From the NCBI GenBank assembly GCA_038087875.1, contig CM075979.1, positions 85,498,001 to 85,562,000 of the forward strand: DNA of 64,000 nt, given 5' to 3'. Position 1 is the stretch's first letter; each line of letters starts with the position of its first letter. Shown in pieces: positions 40,021 through 53,034 of this stretch. Below the pieces are notes generated by a model, which saw only the letters and a program-made list of their open reading frames with translations, had not been told where the DNA came from and did no database searches. Made by a program: the position numbers and the translations under genes. The DNA is from Malacoraja senta. Its lineage: Eukaryota.

Positions 40021-40122
40021 GTAGGTAGACACAAAATGTTGGAGTAACTCAGCGGGCAGACAGCATCTCTGGAGAGAAGGAATGGGTGACGTTTCGGGTC
40101 GAGACCCTTCTTCAGACTGATG
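40021..40122 (-). mobile_element. Penelope-derived arm with intact hammerhead-like core
   Basis: Family arm with an unmutated core; AAAT(T/G)AACG on both sides. Confidence 0.88.
40088..40115 (-). ncRNA. Minimal type I hammerhead ribozyme-like motif
   Basis: CUGAAGA-A-GGGUC-UC-GACCC-GAAA-C-GUC: conserved boxes, helix II and palindromic ACGU helix III; helix I is only about 2 bp. Confidence 0.6.
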
Positions 40123-40199
40123 TAAATGAACGATATTTTTGCAATTTTCCAAAATGCATTCGATTTGGATTAATAAAATAGTGTATGCAGAATAATCCC

Positions 40200-41900
40200 T
40201 GCTTTTAGGAGAACGTGTTCGTGTATTTTTTTAAAACGTTTTAAAAATAAACTGCTCAAACAAAGCTATTTTTAATTAAGCTATTATGTGTAAACAACAA
40301 AATGCAAATGTTTTAAATGGACCGTTCAAAATTAATTACTCTCTGTATTAAATATGTCATTTTTTCGATGGGGGTTCCGCAGTTTACAGAAGAATATTTT
40401 ACAGCTAACCGCCGATGCATAGCCATACCTCTCTTCCGATACCTGGAAAAACAAACATTAGCTCTTGGATATAACCAAGACAATTTACAATTGTTAGCAT
40501 TTCTTTTCCAACAGTTTCGGAATTTTCCATACGTTAAAGCTGGTGATGACGACATACAAACCTTAAAAATAATAAATATTTTGTTTCAAATGCTAATGTT
40601 TTACACACACAATTATTAGACTTGATTAAATCGAAATAACAGAATCATTTTCAGTAACCTAAACGGTTTCCAGCACGTTAAACAAGTTCCATTCAAACAA
40701 TAAATCAACAAACGCACTTTTGAAGAGACTGGGGGGGTGGGACGATAAAACAGCTCAAGGCAATAATTCAGCAAAGAAATTAGCTCCGGTCCGCTCTCTG
40801 GCAATACTCAGCTTTGTTCCATTTATTTCTCTCTCCGAGATACTTCTGTTCGCCCCGTCGCTAGCGACAATCATCAAGTTTTTCTTTAAATCACACATAG
40901 ACTCGAACACTGAAGGGAGCTCCGCCGAGAGTCCAACAAAACGCGCTGACTAGACCGAGACAAAATGCGAGGAGCTCCTGGCCTGTCTCACACGCCAGCC
41001 TCACACAGGAACAGCTAGTTATACGTTATTTGCAATGAGAGCTCGCATTTGGTTCAATATCTGCCTTGTTTTGCAAAATAAAATCAAGACAGGCAGCAAA
41101 ATACCCAGAAGGTAGATACAAGGAACTGCAGATGGTTCTATCAGCACAGAATACCTCGGTTTCGTTAGTTCGATGCAAGGTTAGTTCCACAGCCCTTCTC
41201 GCCCTTTTGAACTTACTTCCAAGACACACCGTTGCCTTCTTTCAATCTATTCCATTTTCAGAGCACATCGTCGCCGTGTCCTGCTTTTTGCTCATAGCTC
41301 ATAGGATCGCGGTTGTAAAAGGTGAGTTGTCTTCAGCCAATCGCCATCCGTGTTATCCCTGAGGTTCACACCTGACCCCTTGGTTTTCTCTATCAAATGA
41401 ACCAAGCAAGGAATGCAGACGGTAAGAAGTTATTGATCCGACCAGGTAACTGTCCCCATAATTGCAACATTCCCCGTGAATTGGAACGAGAACCTTTCAT
41501 AAAGGGGGCAACCAATTTCCAATTCCCATCTGCAACTTGGTCGCTGCGGCTCTATTATTTTTTTTGTCAATTGCGCTTGTAACTAATTCACTCCTCCCAC
41601 AGCATTGCTTCCAATTCACACCGATGTTACAGTTCCATTATCATATCCATTGGTTTCAATGTCAAATTGTGCGTTATTACCGATTCTCCACAAAATCATA
41701 TCCAGTCGGCATCTTAAATACACTAATGGATTGATTATTCCGCTTCACAATATCTCGTGGGAAAAGATAACCGACTATCTCACAAAGATCTCAACGGGTA
41801 AACATAAGGACAGACCACCAATCAACGAATAACGAATTGGTTTAAGTGTGTTTTGGGGACATTGTGGAACCAATGTATGTGCAAAGACGATATTTTGAAA
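40200..41900. promoter_or_regulatory. CpG-retaining unique block (candidate promoter/enhancer)
   Basis: Visibly CpG-dense (for example 40780-41000) against CpG-depleted flanks; AGCCAATC box at about 41335. Confidence 0.4.
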
Positions 41901-42212
41901 AGGGCTGACAAAAATATTGCAATATGTAGTATCTTTAACAAATAAAAATGGAACTGCATTATTAAGAGTCAAAGAATAGAATGGAATGGAATAGAATAGT
42001 CAAAGAATGTCAAACCAGACAAGAAAAGCTGAGAGTCTATGGTGGATAAGACTAAATGAAGACAAAAAATGCTGGAGACAATTAGCAGGTCAGATAATAC
42101 ATGTGAAAGATAACAGAAGTAATAGTTCCGATCAAAATCCCAACTACTGACTGATTCCAGCATTTTCAGTTTTATTTCAGATTTCCAGTATTTCAGCCCC
42201 CTCCCCCCAAGT

Positions 42213-43095
42213 CGTAGAGCTATTCAACATGGAAACAGGCACTTCAGCTCACCATACCGACCAAGTTGGCATTCTGAGCCAGTCCCCTTTGTCTGCATTT
42301 AACCCAAAGCCCTGTAAACCTTTGCTATCTATATATGATCACCGATGATCTATATTGAATGGTGGTGCTGGCTCAAAGGGCCGAATGGCCTACTCCTGCA
42401 CCTCTTTTTCTGTTTCTATCTGTCCAAATGTCTTTTAAAAATTATAATTGTAGCCACTTCTTTAACTTTCTCTGGCCGCTCATGTCAGATATGGACTACC
42501 CTCTGAGTGAAAATTTTCTCTTGGGGTATCTTTTTAATCTCTCTCTCTCTCACTTTAAGCCTATGATCTTGAGTTTTAAATTCTTCTACCCTGGGAAAAA
42601 GACTGAATGTTCACTTTATCCATGCCCCACGTGATCTTGTACAGCTCAATAAGGTCTCCCTCAGCCTCCTCTGTTCCAAAGAAGAATGTCCCAGCCTAAC
42701 CAGCCTATGTCGATAACTCAGGCATGCAACCCCAGGTAACATCCTGCACCCTTTGCAACTTAATGACACCCTTCCTATAGCCGGGTGACCAGAAATGCAC
42801 ACAATTCTCCAAGTGTGGTCTCACCAATGCTTTGTACAGCTGCATCATCACGTCTTTTGTACTCAATACCCTTCCCTAGGAGGGCAAGCAAGCCAAAAGC
42901 CTTCTTCACTACACTCACTGTCCACCTGACTCGCCACTTTCAGGAAGCCATGACCAAGTACTGCCATTTACTGTGTCAGACATGCCCTGGAGCATCTCCA
43001 CACAATAGTCAGAGCTAAATTCCACTTGCCATACCTTGGCCAACATCTCAACTAATAAAGATCCTGTTGTTGCAAGCCTTCCTCACTGCCCAACT
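42213..43095 (-). mobile_element. CR1 3' part with an oppositely oriented CR1 3' end nested at about 42337-42420
   Basis: MLPGVACLSYRHRLVRLGHSSLEQRRLR; nested GGCTCAAAGGGCCGAATGGCCTACTCCTGCACC. Confidence 0.85.
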
Positions 43096-44144
43096 GGTTA
43101 TTTATAGTACACGTGGGAACCTGTTCAACCAGCTCTCCAGAACCAAGGTCAACGCATCAGTCATTGAGCTGCTGTATGCAATCTCCATTTTTGCATATTT
43201 GCACATTTATTGAGTAATTAATTGAAGCTTATGAGAGATGGTTCCTTACCCTATGTGTCTGCAAACAAAAGACCTCTACCAATCTTCAGTCATTGTATAA
43301 CATAGCCATATAAGGATAAGACTTTGGTAAAGGTGGACAACTTTCCATATTGGTGCAGCTATCTCACAATGAAAGCCTATGGCTACCTGAGAAAAGTGTA
43401 TTTGAAGGCAAGATCTCAAATCTGGCAGAAGGCTCATGATCTTTGGAGCAGAAGAAATCCCTCCTAAATGCTTCAAAAAGCTGGAAAAATTACAGTGTTT
43501 TAACTGAAAGTACTGGAAAAATACCGTCAATGCAGTTGCCACAAAAACAACCAAAATCATCGGCAGGGTAAGTGAACCAAAAATTCTCGTCTCTCTCCCC
43601 ACACCCAAGCAATATCCCGTGTTGAGGCCCCAGTTACATTCAGTTAATAGCATCAAGTTGTTTGCACGCAGAAACACTAGGTGGTCACATTAGACGTTCT
43701 CTGGCCAGCATAAGATTACTGGGTGGATAAAAGAAATGTAATATTCTCGATGTCTCAGAATAATCCCCGTTCCATGGCTGCTCAAAGTGGAGACATTGAA
43801 TGGCATTGAAAACCTCAGCAGAAGCACGCAGAAATCAAGTGTAAATAGAAGGGGTTGTCTGACCTCTCAAACCATCCACCTACCAACAACACCTCGGTTG
43901 GTGGAAACATTGGAGCAAAAGGCACTCGTAACATGGGTAAATAAGTATGATGGTTTTGAATTCAAACGTTTGTACAAGAACATATTTGTAATTGTGGTTA
44001 AATACAATTGCAATGCAGACATAAATGTTTAGCACATCTCGGGTTGAGCGCGATGGTTACCTGGGACTATCGGAAGCATCGAGTCTCCTGACAGTGGAAT
44101 CTCTAGGAGAAATTGGCGTAGTTATCGAAATGACATTTAAAGTC

Positions 44145-44295
44145 GAAGATAGACACACAATGCTGGAGTATCTCAGCGGGACACTTCTTCAGAAGGACCC
44201 GAAACATCACCCATTCCTTCTATCCAGAAATGCTGCTTGTCCCGCCGAGTTACTCCAGCATTTTACGTATCTCTGCAGTTCCTTCCTACACATCC
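44145..44295. mobile_element. Penelope-derived fold-back element with internal deletions
   Basis: Perfect 14-bp TSD TGACATTTAAAGTC at 44131-44144 and 44296-44309. Confidence 0.85.
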
Positions 44296-44955
44296 TGACA
44301 TTTAAAGTCAGTGATTTCTAGCTCCCATGTAGCAACTTCCTATCATTGTGCTACACGCACTGACTTCGCCACATTGATACCTGGATGACCGACAAGAGGT
44401 TTTCGCCATGCGCTACAAGTCCGTCGCCTTCGTTGTACGCTTTTTAGGATTGTTGGCGCAAGCGTGGATTTGCTGCATTATCCCAATAAGTAAATTTCAA
44501 TCTCGGTTTACAAAGCTCCAAACCAGCCAATCCGCAGTAGACGTAAATTATACACATCGAGCAAAACTGCCCACCGCAATGGTCGCAAATTCCTCCATTC
44601 TGTTTCGTTTGAATCCTAGATGAAGACATGCCACTTATTTTTTATCAATATGTCATGCAAACCCGCATTGTACTTATGTGAAAATAGAAGTATAATTATA
44701 TCCTTAGCGTATGATAACCCTCAATTATAATTATAATCAGTGCATAATGGTGAATCACGTTGAAACACAACACTATGAGCATGAGCACGTTACTGTGTAT
44801 TGCAAGTTCCCTGCAGGTGCACTGCCGGTGTTAAATAAAGGGACTGCATATGGATTTGGGATGTGTCGCTGTAACCCTGTCATCACACCGTTAGTTTGAC
44901 GGCTCTCCATTCGTTACAGATCTTGACAATGGTTTAATCAAACACTGCTCTTAAC

Positions 44956-45115
44956 GAGGAGGAAGGAACTGCAGATGCTGGTTTAAACCGAAGATAGACA
45001 CAAAAAGCTGGAGTAACTCAGCGGGTCAGACAGCATGTCTGGAGATGTCCGGATGCGTCTCCAAAGATGCTGTCTGACCCGTTGAGTTACCCCAGCTTTT
45101 TGTGTTTATCTACTG
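44956..45115. mobile_element. Penelope-derived fold-back element lacking the ribozyme centre
   Basis: GATAGACACAAAAAGCTGGAGTAACTCAGCGGGTCAGACAGCAT inverted; TGCT(C/G)TTAAC at 44946-44955 and 45116-45125. Confidence 0.83.
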
Positions 45116-45596
45116 TGCTGTTAACTCCAGGCTTATTAGAGTCGAGGTTCACTGCAGACACTCCACTCAAGATTAACTGCAGCTCCTGTGCCGACCTAAT
45201 CTGATTACAAACTGCTAACACTGGCGTTATTGTAAACACTGGTGATGGCTATCGGTTTATTAGAGATGCATGGGATTGCTTTCAATTTATAACAAGAGAT
45301 GCACTGTCGTACTCGGTCACTATACAATGACGTTGAACGTTCTGGGTCATTACAGGTACCCGTTTGCTCCGTAATTGTTTAGACACTCTCTTGCTTGGAC
45401 ATGGGCTGTGTTTAAATGCCCACAGCTAAATGCTAAATGTGGTTTTTTTTTAGCAATATCCCGATTCCAAATATGCCCCCGTACTTCGCATTCCTTTGCA
45501 TGGCGATCTGCTAAATGCAAAAAAGATTTAAACATCTCCCAAAAAGCAATTCATAGACAACCCATCAAGCATGTCCACAATTACATTTAAAGAATA

Positions 45597-46310
45597 TGTG
45601 GCACAGAATCAGATCATTGGACCCAAGCAGTCCATATTGGTTTTTAATCTCTATGGAAACCCCTTCTTCTCTTTCATCAAAATCCTCTATTCTCTTTGCC
45701 CTCACATACTTAAATAATATTTCACTTATTTTCTGGTAGAGAAGACTTTTCTTAATTTCTCATTTAATTCATTAGTGACTATTTTATATTGATACCTCTT
45801 CCCTGTTAAATAACGTTATCCATGTATGTACTTAAAAATTGTAGCTCTTGATAATTACTTCAATTAGTTCACCCTCAGGAAAAAAGAGACCCAGTCTGTT
45901 CATCATTTTCTGAAAAGTATATCTCCAAATTCTTGGTTTCAACTTTCTAAATCTTTTTTGTACCCTATCTAATGTCTTGAGATCCTTTTTCTCTAAAGTG
46001 CCAGAATTGTTCAAAGTTCAAGTATGGTCCAACCAAGGTTCAGTGCAGATTTAGAATAACTTTACTACTTTTCATTCTAAGCATCAGAAATACATCCAAT
46101 ACTCAGTTTACTTGTTTTTACCCCGAGCCTTGTTAAATTGTGCAACTAAATTTAGTGATCGACGTTTTTACATTCCAAGATACTTTTCTTCCTCTGCTCC
46201 ATCTATCTTTGCAACTTCCAAGTTATAAATGACCTTCCTATTCCTATCTAAATGTACTACCTCATACTTGTCTATGCTTAACTTCATATGCTCATTATTT
46301 ATCAATTCAG
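45597..46310 (-). mobile_element. Decayed CR1 3' part
   Basis: ORF 45832-46014 KKDLKTLDRVQKRFRKLKP..RLGLF..GELIEV. Confidence 0.75.
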
Positions 46311-46751
46311 CCCTTCATATGCCCTGTGTTTCAATGTCTATATTCTTTTACATTCTTAACCTACTAGGTTAAAACATTTGCCACCTCCCTGTTTACTTTT
46401 TCTGAAGGATACTTTGCTTGCACCTTATTGTTGGAAAATAGCCCCAAGATAAATTTTAAAATAAATCTGAATAAAAACCCAAACTCAATCAAACAATATA
46501 ATCCGTACAAAATCATTGAACCAATCACTTTGAATTAACAACAAGATGCAACTGAGTTTGACCAGCTGTGGCATGTATTCCTTACTTTTGTAGGAACTAA
46601 ATGCAGGAATCGTATTCTCTTTTATTTGCCTAATAATAAATCAGTTTAAATTATTTAAAACATTTAATGATGTCAGTTTCTTTTTTGGATCAATTACAGG
46701 AGCATAATGCATAAAAGTGATTCAACCCAGATCACAATTTCACTATTAGAC

Positions 46752-46976
46752 CAAAGATAGACACAAAATGCTGGAGTAATTCAGCAGGATAGGCAGCATC
46801 TCTGAAGAGAAGGAATGGGTGACATTTCAGGTCGAGAACCTTCAGTCTGAAGAAGGGTCTTGACCCAAAACATCACCCATTCCTTCTCGCCAGAGATGCT
46901 GCCTGTCCCGCTGAGTTACTCCAGCATTTTGTGTCTACTTCGGTGTATAACCAGCATTTGCAGTTCCTTCCTACAC
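46752..46976. mobile_element. Penelope-derived fold-back palindrome
   Basis: Arms inverted about TTCAG-T-CTGAA (46841-46851); ATTTCACT(A/G)TTAGAC at 46737-46751 and 46977-46991. Confidence 0.9.
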
Positions 46977-48439
46977 ATTTCACTGTTAGACTACTAGCTT
47001 AGTGTAACTAGTGTAAGTCTAATGTTAGACAGAGGTGCAATGGTTGTCAATCTCCACAAGAGACCAAACCACCTAAAGCAAATTACACTGCAAGACCAAA
47101 ATAGCTAACAACAGCACACCTGAAAATGTAATTATGTCACAGTATCAAAACTGAGGATAAGTCAGTGGATATTTGCTAAAGTTCCTCAAGGGAATGTTTT
47201 CCAAACAAAACAAATAGCAAAACTCCAAAATCACTACCGAGCACAAAGTTCCAATCATGCTGGATTTCCTTGTTCTCACCAGCCAATGAAATGTATCAAG
47301 TTTTTAACATTTACCATTTAAATAAATCTGAGAATTCACAGGGCTTCTATAAAACATATAATATGTAACACACAATTAAAAAAAAATAGTACTTAGATAA
47401 GTAAGACTCAATTGCCAATAAATATCTTACCTGCAGTTTCAAATACTTGTCTAACTGCATTTTTCTGCAAAGAATAAACTTGGTTCCAATTACGCCAATA
47501 AGAAAGGGACCTAGAACAATTCCAATATGTGGGGGTTGATATTTTTTACTTTTATCTTTGGTTCACTTTAGTTATGTTTTCCCATATTTCCAAAATTTGC
47601 CATTTTCTGTCCTTAAAAAATGGCTTGAGATGCACCCATTCTTATGTTTATAAAGCACAACTAAATTAGAATTGGTAATAATGACAAATACATTTGTTTA
47701 AGCCCCATCTCAGTTATTTATTTGATAACATCTTTATTTCATGGAGTTACACACCTTTTATTTTGTGTTCCTTTCCTGCTGAAGCCTTTACTTTTCTGGC
47801 CCTTTTCTACCACCTTAATGTTATTGATAACACACCCCATGATCAATGTGAGTGGTTTACGTGAGCATCATAAAGCAAAATGAATTAAAATGTATGAAAG
47901 ACATTTATTGCTGACATCATGCTTTATGGCTGGAAAAAATTCCAGGTACCCTTCGTGGTTTTTTTTTTAACAGTTCTTTTACGTTAAAACCAAACATTTC
48001 AAGCACTTAATGATACAAAATTGAAGCCATATTACAAAATTGCCTTATTAAGGAAAACAAAATCAATCTGAGATGGTCATTCCACATTTCAATAAAAGTT
48101 AAATAAAATGTTCAGTTGTTTATTTTTGGCACCAAAGTACTCCATTTGAAAACCTTATTCTGTGAGTTCAATGTAATCCTTATATCCCATGGATTAGTTA
48201 AGAGTCTCTAGACAGTGACGTAGCTATAGAAAAATGAGTGCACCTCTGCATTTCCACCACAATTATTCACTTAACTTCAGTGCTTTCAATATACCAAGCT
48301 TAGGTAGGTAATCCACTGCTGTTTATTTAAGACTATATATCTTTCCATTTAACCATTTTTTTCATTGCACCTATTTTACAGAGATTCTTAATTATCTTGC
48401 CATACTATGACATTCCACAATATAAAGAAAAGTATTCAA

Positions 48440-49330
48440 AGGTTAAAATTAAAAGTGCTTTTTACGAATGCACAGAGCATTAAAACCAAGATTAAGCGTA
48501 TTAGTGGCAAAAATACAGATAGATGGGTTTGATTTGATAGCCCTACAAAATCATTGTACATGGTGACTCATGTTGGGATCTAAATATACAAGGTATTTGA
48601 CATTTCAAGAAGTCAGATAAAACAGAAAAGGAGGGTGGTAACCATAATTAGAGAGGGTTATCTTAAAGACAGAGATAGGGAACAACATTAAAATGTAGTG
48701 TCAGAGTTAGACAAAGGTCAGAAAACAATGATGGGGATGCTTATTAGTAACTATGCTTTAGCTCAGTAGCTCTATTTTAGGCACAGTATTATCAAAAATT
48801 AAGAGGAACCTTTAACAAAGGTTCCATAATAATCATGGTGATCTGGAAAAATCAAATTGGCAAATCAATTTGCAGTATCAAATCATTGCATCCATTTGGC
48901 ACAATTTCCTAGTGCAGGATACCATGGAACTAGCTGGGTACCAGAGTATTTTAGATCTTCCCTTGTTCGATGAGACAACATCAATTAATAATGGTAAGGG
49001 CTTCTCTAAGCGAGAACAGTCACACTTTTATACTGAATTTAGGGAGTGATGCACCTACACTTGAAACTGTAATCTTAAAGCTAATTACAAATATCAAATA
49101 AATACAATAAGGGTTGAGAGAGCTAAAGTAAATTAAGATACAGAATTAAAAGGCATTTGAGATAGAAAACCAATGGTAAAGATTCAAATGAAGTGTTAAT
49201 AAATATACATTCCATTGGTAAATATGAATATAATGAGAAAAGTGATGCATCTGTGGCTACCTAACAGAAATATGGATCAGCTGTTATCTTGTTAAATGGT
49301 CGAGCAGGATTGAAGGTCTGTTTGGCATAT
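48440..49330 (+). mobile_element. Decayed CR1 endonuclease region
   Basis: CFFTNAQSIK, NIQGI*HFKK and RKGGW-like APE N-terminal remnants. Confidence 0.6.
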
Positions 49331-50649
49331 TTCTAATCCTAATATGTTTTTTTCAGCTCTCTGATGTCTCTTTTTCATTATTCTTTAGAACTATTTTCAC
49401 TGTATTTTTTTTCTCTTTTCATGCTCTCACTGCCTCTCCTGCACATACTTTTGTACTTACATCCATCTTTTCTTCAGTGATGATCTGATTCATTACCTCA
49501 CCATTTTTCCAGTATTTTCCTAGTTTCTCTTTGTTGCAATTTCATTGCTTCTACTTCCACTTCGTTTAATTATATATATCTATATATATATAATCTCTTG
49601 TTCCACAAGGATAAAGGAAAATAAATAAATAAATGAGAGAATGCAAAGACCAAAAATAATTAGGTAATTGGGGATCCTGCAATTATAGTGGAGTATTTAG
49701 ATGTGGAATTTTAAAAAATGTGCTACGAATAATAATTTCTTAAACCCTGTCATTTGTCACAAGATGTACTCTCCTTTCAGTTAAATAAGGTGTGATTGTA
49801 CACCTCCAATTACTTTAACTGACTTTCCCATGATTATAGTATACCATTAAAAAAATACCATTATACCTTTCCACTATATAATCATTTATCAATTTTCAAT
49901 GTTTTTTTCCAAAAAGGGAAAGGTTGAATTCAAATCATGATTCATGGCTGCTAATTTATCCATTTCCTATCTTCCCTCTTATTTCTAGATTTGGTAAACA
50001 AATATATCTCCCATTATTTTCTTAAAAATTTGATCTCTAAACAAGTTTAACATATCAATATATCATAAAGCAGAATAAAACTACCACTGTAATAGGTCTC
50101 ATGCCAAGGTGCAAAGATATATTTTAATTTAGCTACAATACTCATTATCAGTGCTACCACAGTCACATGCAATCCAACTATTTGTGCTACAAAAGCCAAA
50201 CGTTTCCCATTCCAGATTTACACTTAAAAATATATAATATTTTCTCTCTTTGTCTGTTATCAAATATTCAGCTCTTTATTTGTAACAAAATTCAACAACA
50301 AATGTCTGCTCTTGGCTTTTAGTGTAATTGGCAACTTTGAAAATCACTGACAGATGGAGGAAGTTTTCAGAGACACACTAATAAACCAAAGCTGTTAGAA
50401 CTTCAAAAAATCCCTGCAGCTAACATTTTATATCTCAAGCTAAACTATTTAGCTGAGGAAAAATATTAGATAAATTATGCTATTCCTAACCAGTTACATC
50501 AATGTACCATAATAATTGTAGGCTTTTTACATTCTTTGTAAAACGCACATATTGTTTCATCACTCTGAAAACATAACCACATAGCCAAAGAAATACTGCA
50601 GCAAGTTATATGGAATTGCAGATTAAAGTGAAAAACAAATTCAGTTACA

Positions 50650-52200
50650 TCACGGTTAGCACAATTAATTATTGCGAATAAATATGTGGTCACGTGAAAC
50701 GTTTCGAGCGGGCTTTACAGAAGAAGCCTGACAAAGCCTATTCCTATGACGCTGCTGGAAGGAAGGGTGGTGAGGGGCAACTTCTAGCTGCCCAGTTCTC
50801 TGTGGGTCATCCCCACGAAAACCATCAAAGCGCCTCTGGGCGAAATAAAATGCGCAAGGAGACAGGCACAATTGAATAAAAAATATTAGGTATTCATCTT
50901 GAGATTAGTATGCTCAAATATTGTCGATATATAAATATTGTCGATATGCAAAATGCATGTAAAAATGTACGGGGTAACAGAAATGGAAGGCCACAATGCA
51001 TGCACTAATTACAACTTCAGTCATGTGATCTTTTGTTAAAGCCAGATTGACAGCGCTGTTGCATTGCCGAATACACAACAGCATAGCCGGCAATCAGAAA
51101 TAAACACAGAAGATGCGGAAATATTCAGCAGGTCAGGAAACATCTGTGGTCAGAGTTGATCGATAGTCTTTCATCATTCTGAAAGAAAACAATTTAGGGT
51201 ATGACGGTTGTTCTAGTGTGGGCTGGGTTCACCTGCTAGGAGGACACGATACCGTAATGGACTTCCCATAGGAAACTGTGTAGTCTTTGTACTGGGATGA
51301 AATCACAGGAGATACTTTACCGAAAGAATTGGTGGAGAAATCTGCATTGGGCTGCATGTACAGGGGTGGGGAGTAGATCCGTTTGACAGAGCAAATTTAC
51401 TTCGTGGCATCGATTCTTCCTTTACCTGGTGATGGAAATACTCTCGTCAATAGCAGATTCTTACATCTCTAAACAAATTAGCGCGTAGACAATCAGGTTT
51501 GTGTTTTAACATTTTGGTCCGACATCTCATGGAATCCGATTATCCGACTATCGTGTCTGCTTTCTCAAGACTGTACCGAAATATGACGCTACTTCGTTCT
51601 TTTTTTTTTAACAGGCTTTTCATGTTATGTCTAAGCGCGTTCAAGATTGATAGACTGGTGCAGCAGGAAGGCAAAATAAAATCCCCTTTGTCAGTCAGAC
51701 TGCCAGAACTTTGCATCGCTTTTTTTTCCTGTGGACGCTCTTATTTTTTTTTTCTATAGAGTCGGTAATTAAACAACGAGCTTCTCAGTTTTCGGCGGCG
51801 CTGCAGGGGAACTCCTCCCTGTAACATGCTCCAATTACTGGCAGTGACCGCAGTCGATGAGGGATTATCCCTTCGCTGAGCCACGGCAAACTCCACGGCA
51901 TAATCTTCAATTAGTTCAATTCATGGCAGCACACTCCCAGGGCAGCCGCTACCTTTCCCACGATTCACACAGACAGCCTTTATGTCGCACCCATCACTGC
52001 ACAGATGGTCTTGGTCCTGCTGTCAGAAAGTTCATTGCATTCGTACCCGTCACTTTCACCCACCCCCTCGAATAATGACCCACCTAAAAGCTGACAGCAA
52101 ATGTCGAGAAGACTTCATTAGTGTTTTACAGTATCTGTTTGTTCTTGTGGTAAAAGAAGCAACAAGACAGTGAGTTCACTGTGACCGCAAACAGGTGGAG
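50650..52200. promoter_or_regulatory. CpG-retaining unique block (candidate regulatory)
   Basis: Many CpGs in mostly non-repeat sequence; GGTCACGTGA E-box at about 50688. Confidence 0.35.
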
Positions 52201-53034
52201 TGAACAAGGACCCTGCAAAGGAGTATTATGCAAATGCCATTATTTGCATCTCAATTATGTCAGCGTTGTACAGTTACCGAGGTTCCTGACAGGAGTACAT
52301 TTGTTGGAAGTACTAATTTGGCAAACTTCTGCCAAAAATTTGTGGAAAAAAAATACGTTTGTTAGAGAGGGCAGCGAAGAATGGGTAGCAAACTCATTAT
52401 TTATGTTGATATTCATATTTAGTGCATTCCAGATGCTTTTTCACAAAAATATCAATTTAGTATTCGTGCTTCTTAACAAAGTAGCAGATTGGGAAATGCA
52501 AAATCTCCATGTTTTAAAGCTTAGTCAGGTTTAAAACGAAACTTGAAAATCCCATTTTCCCCTTTCTTCACACATGCAACTGTCCCCAGCCGTTACAATT
52601 TGTTTCATGTTTGTCTTCTGTACCCAGTAGTCTTAAAAAAAAGTAATGTTACTTTAACTGTGGTCTACATCCTATCACATACATTCTCTCTGTTCTTTCC
52701 ATCCACCTTGTCTGCAACTCAAACTGGCCATTTTACACTTCCAAAAGATTGAGACATTTGAGCGGGAGGACACAACACCTTTGTCACATTCAAATAGGAT
52801 GTCATTTGTGATTTGGATAAGAGCTGCATCAGTCCAATGGGAAGGTCAGAAACATAAATGGAGAAATCCAAACAAGCAATTCCAGGAAAAATGGGCAAAA
52901 TTTGGGGTGGATATTGTACTTTCAAGGATTGGAAGCGTAAAAGGGAGATGGAGCAGCAGATTGCAGGGTTGGAGTGGGACAATACCCAAGGCCTGAGAAT
53001 TGTTGATATGATCAGTTATTGTACTCAACCATAA

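Noticed and set aside
40317-40619. 100-aa ORF and similar 100-145 aa ORFs (2860, 6018, 43276, 52181, 56733)
   Set aside because: No recognisable domain; composition and length fit chance ORFs in AT-rich DNA
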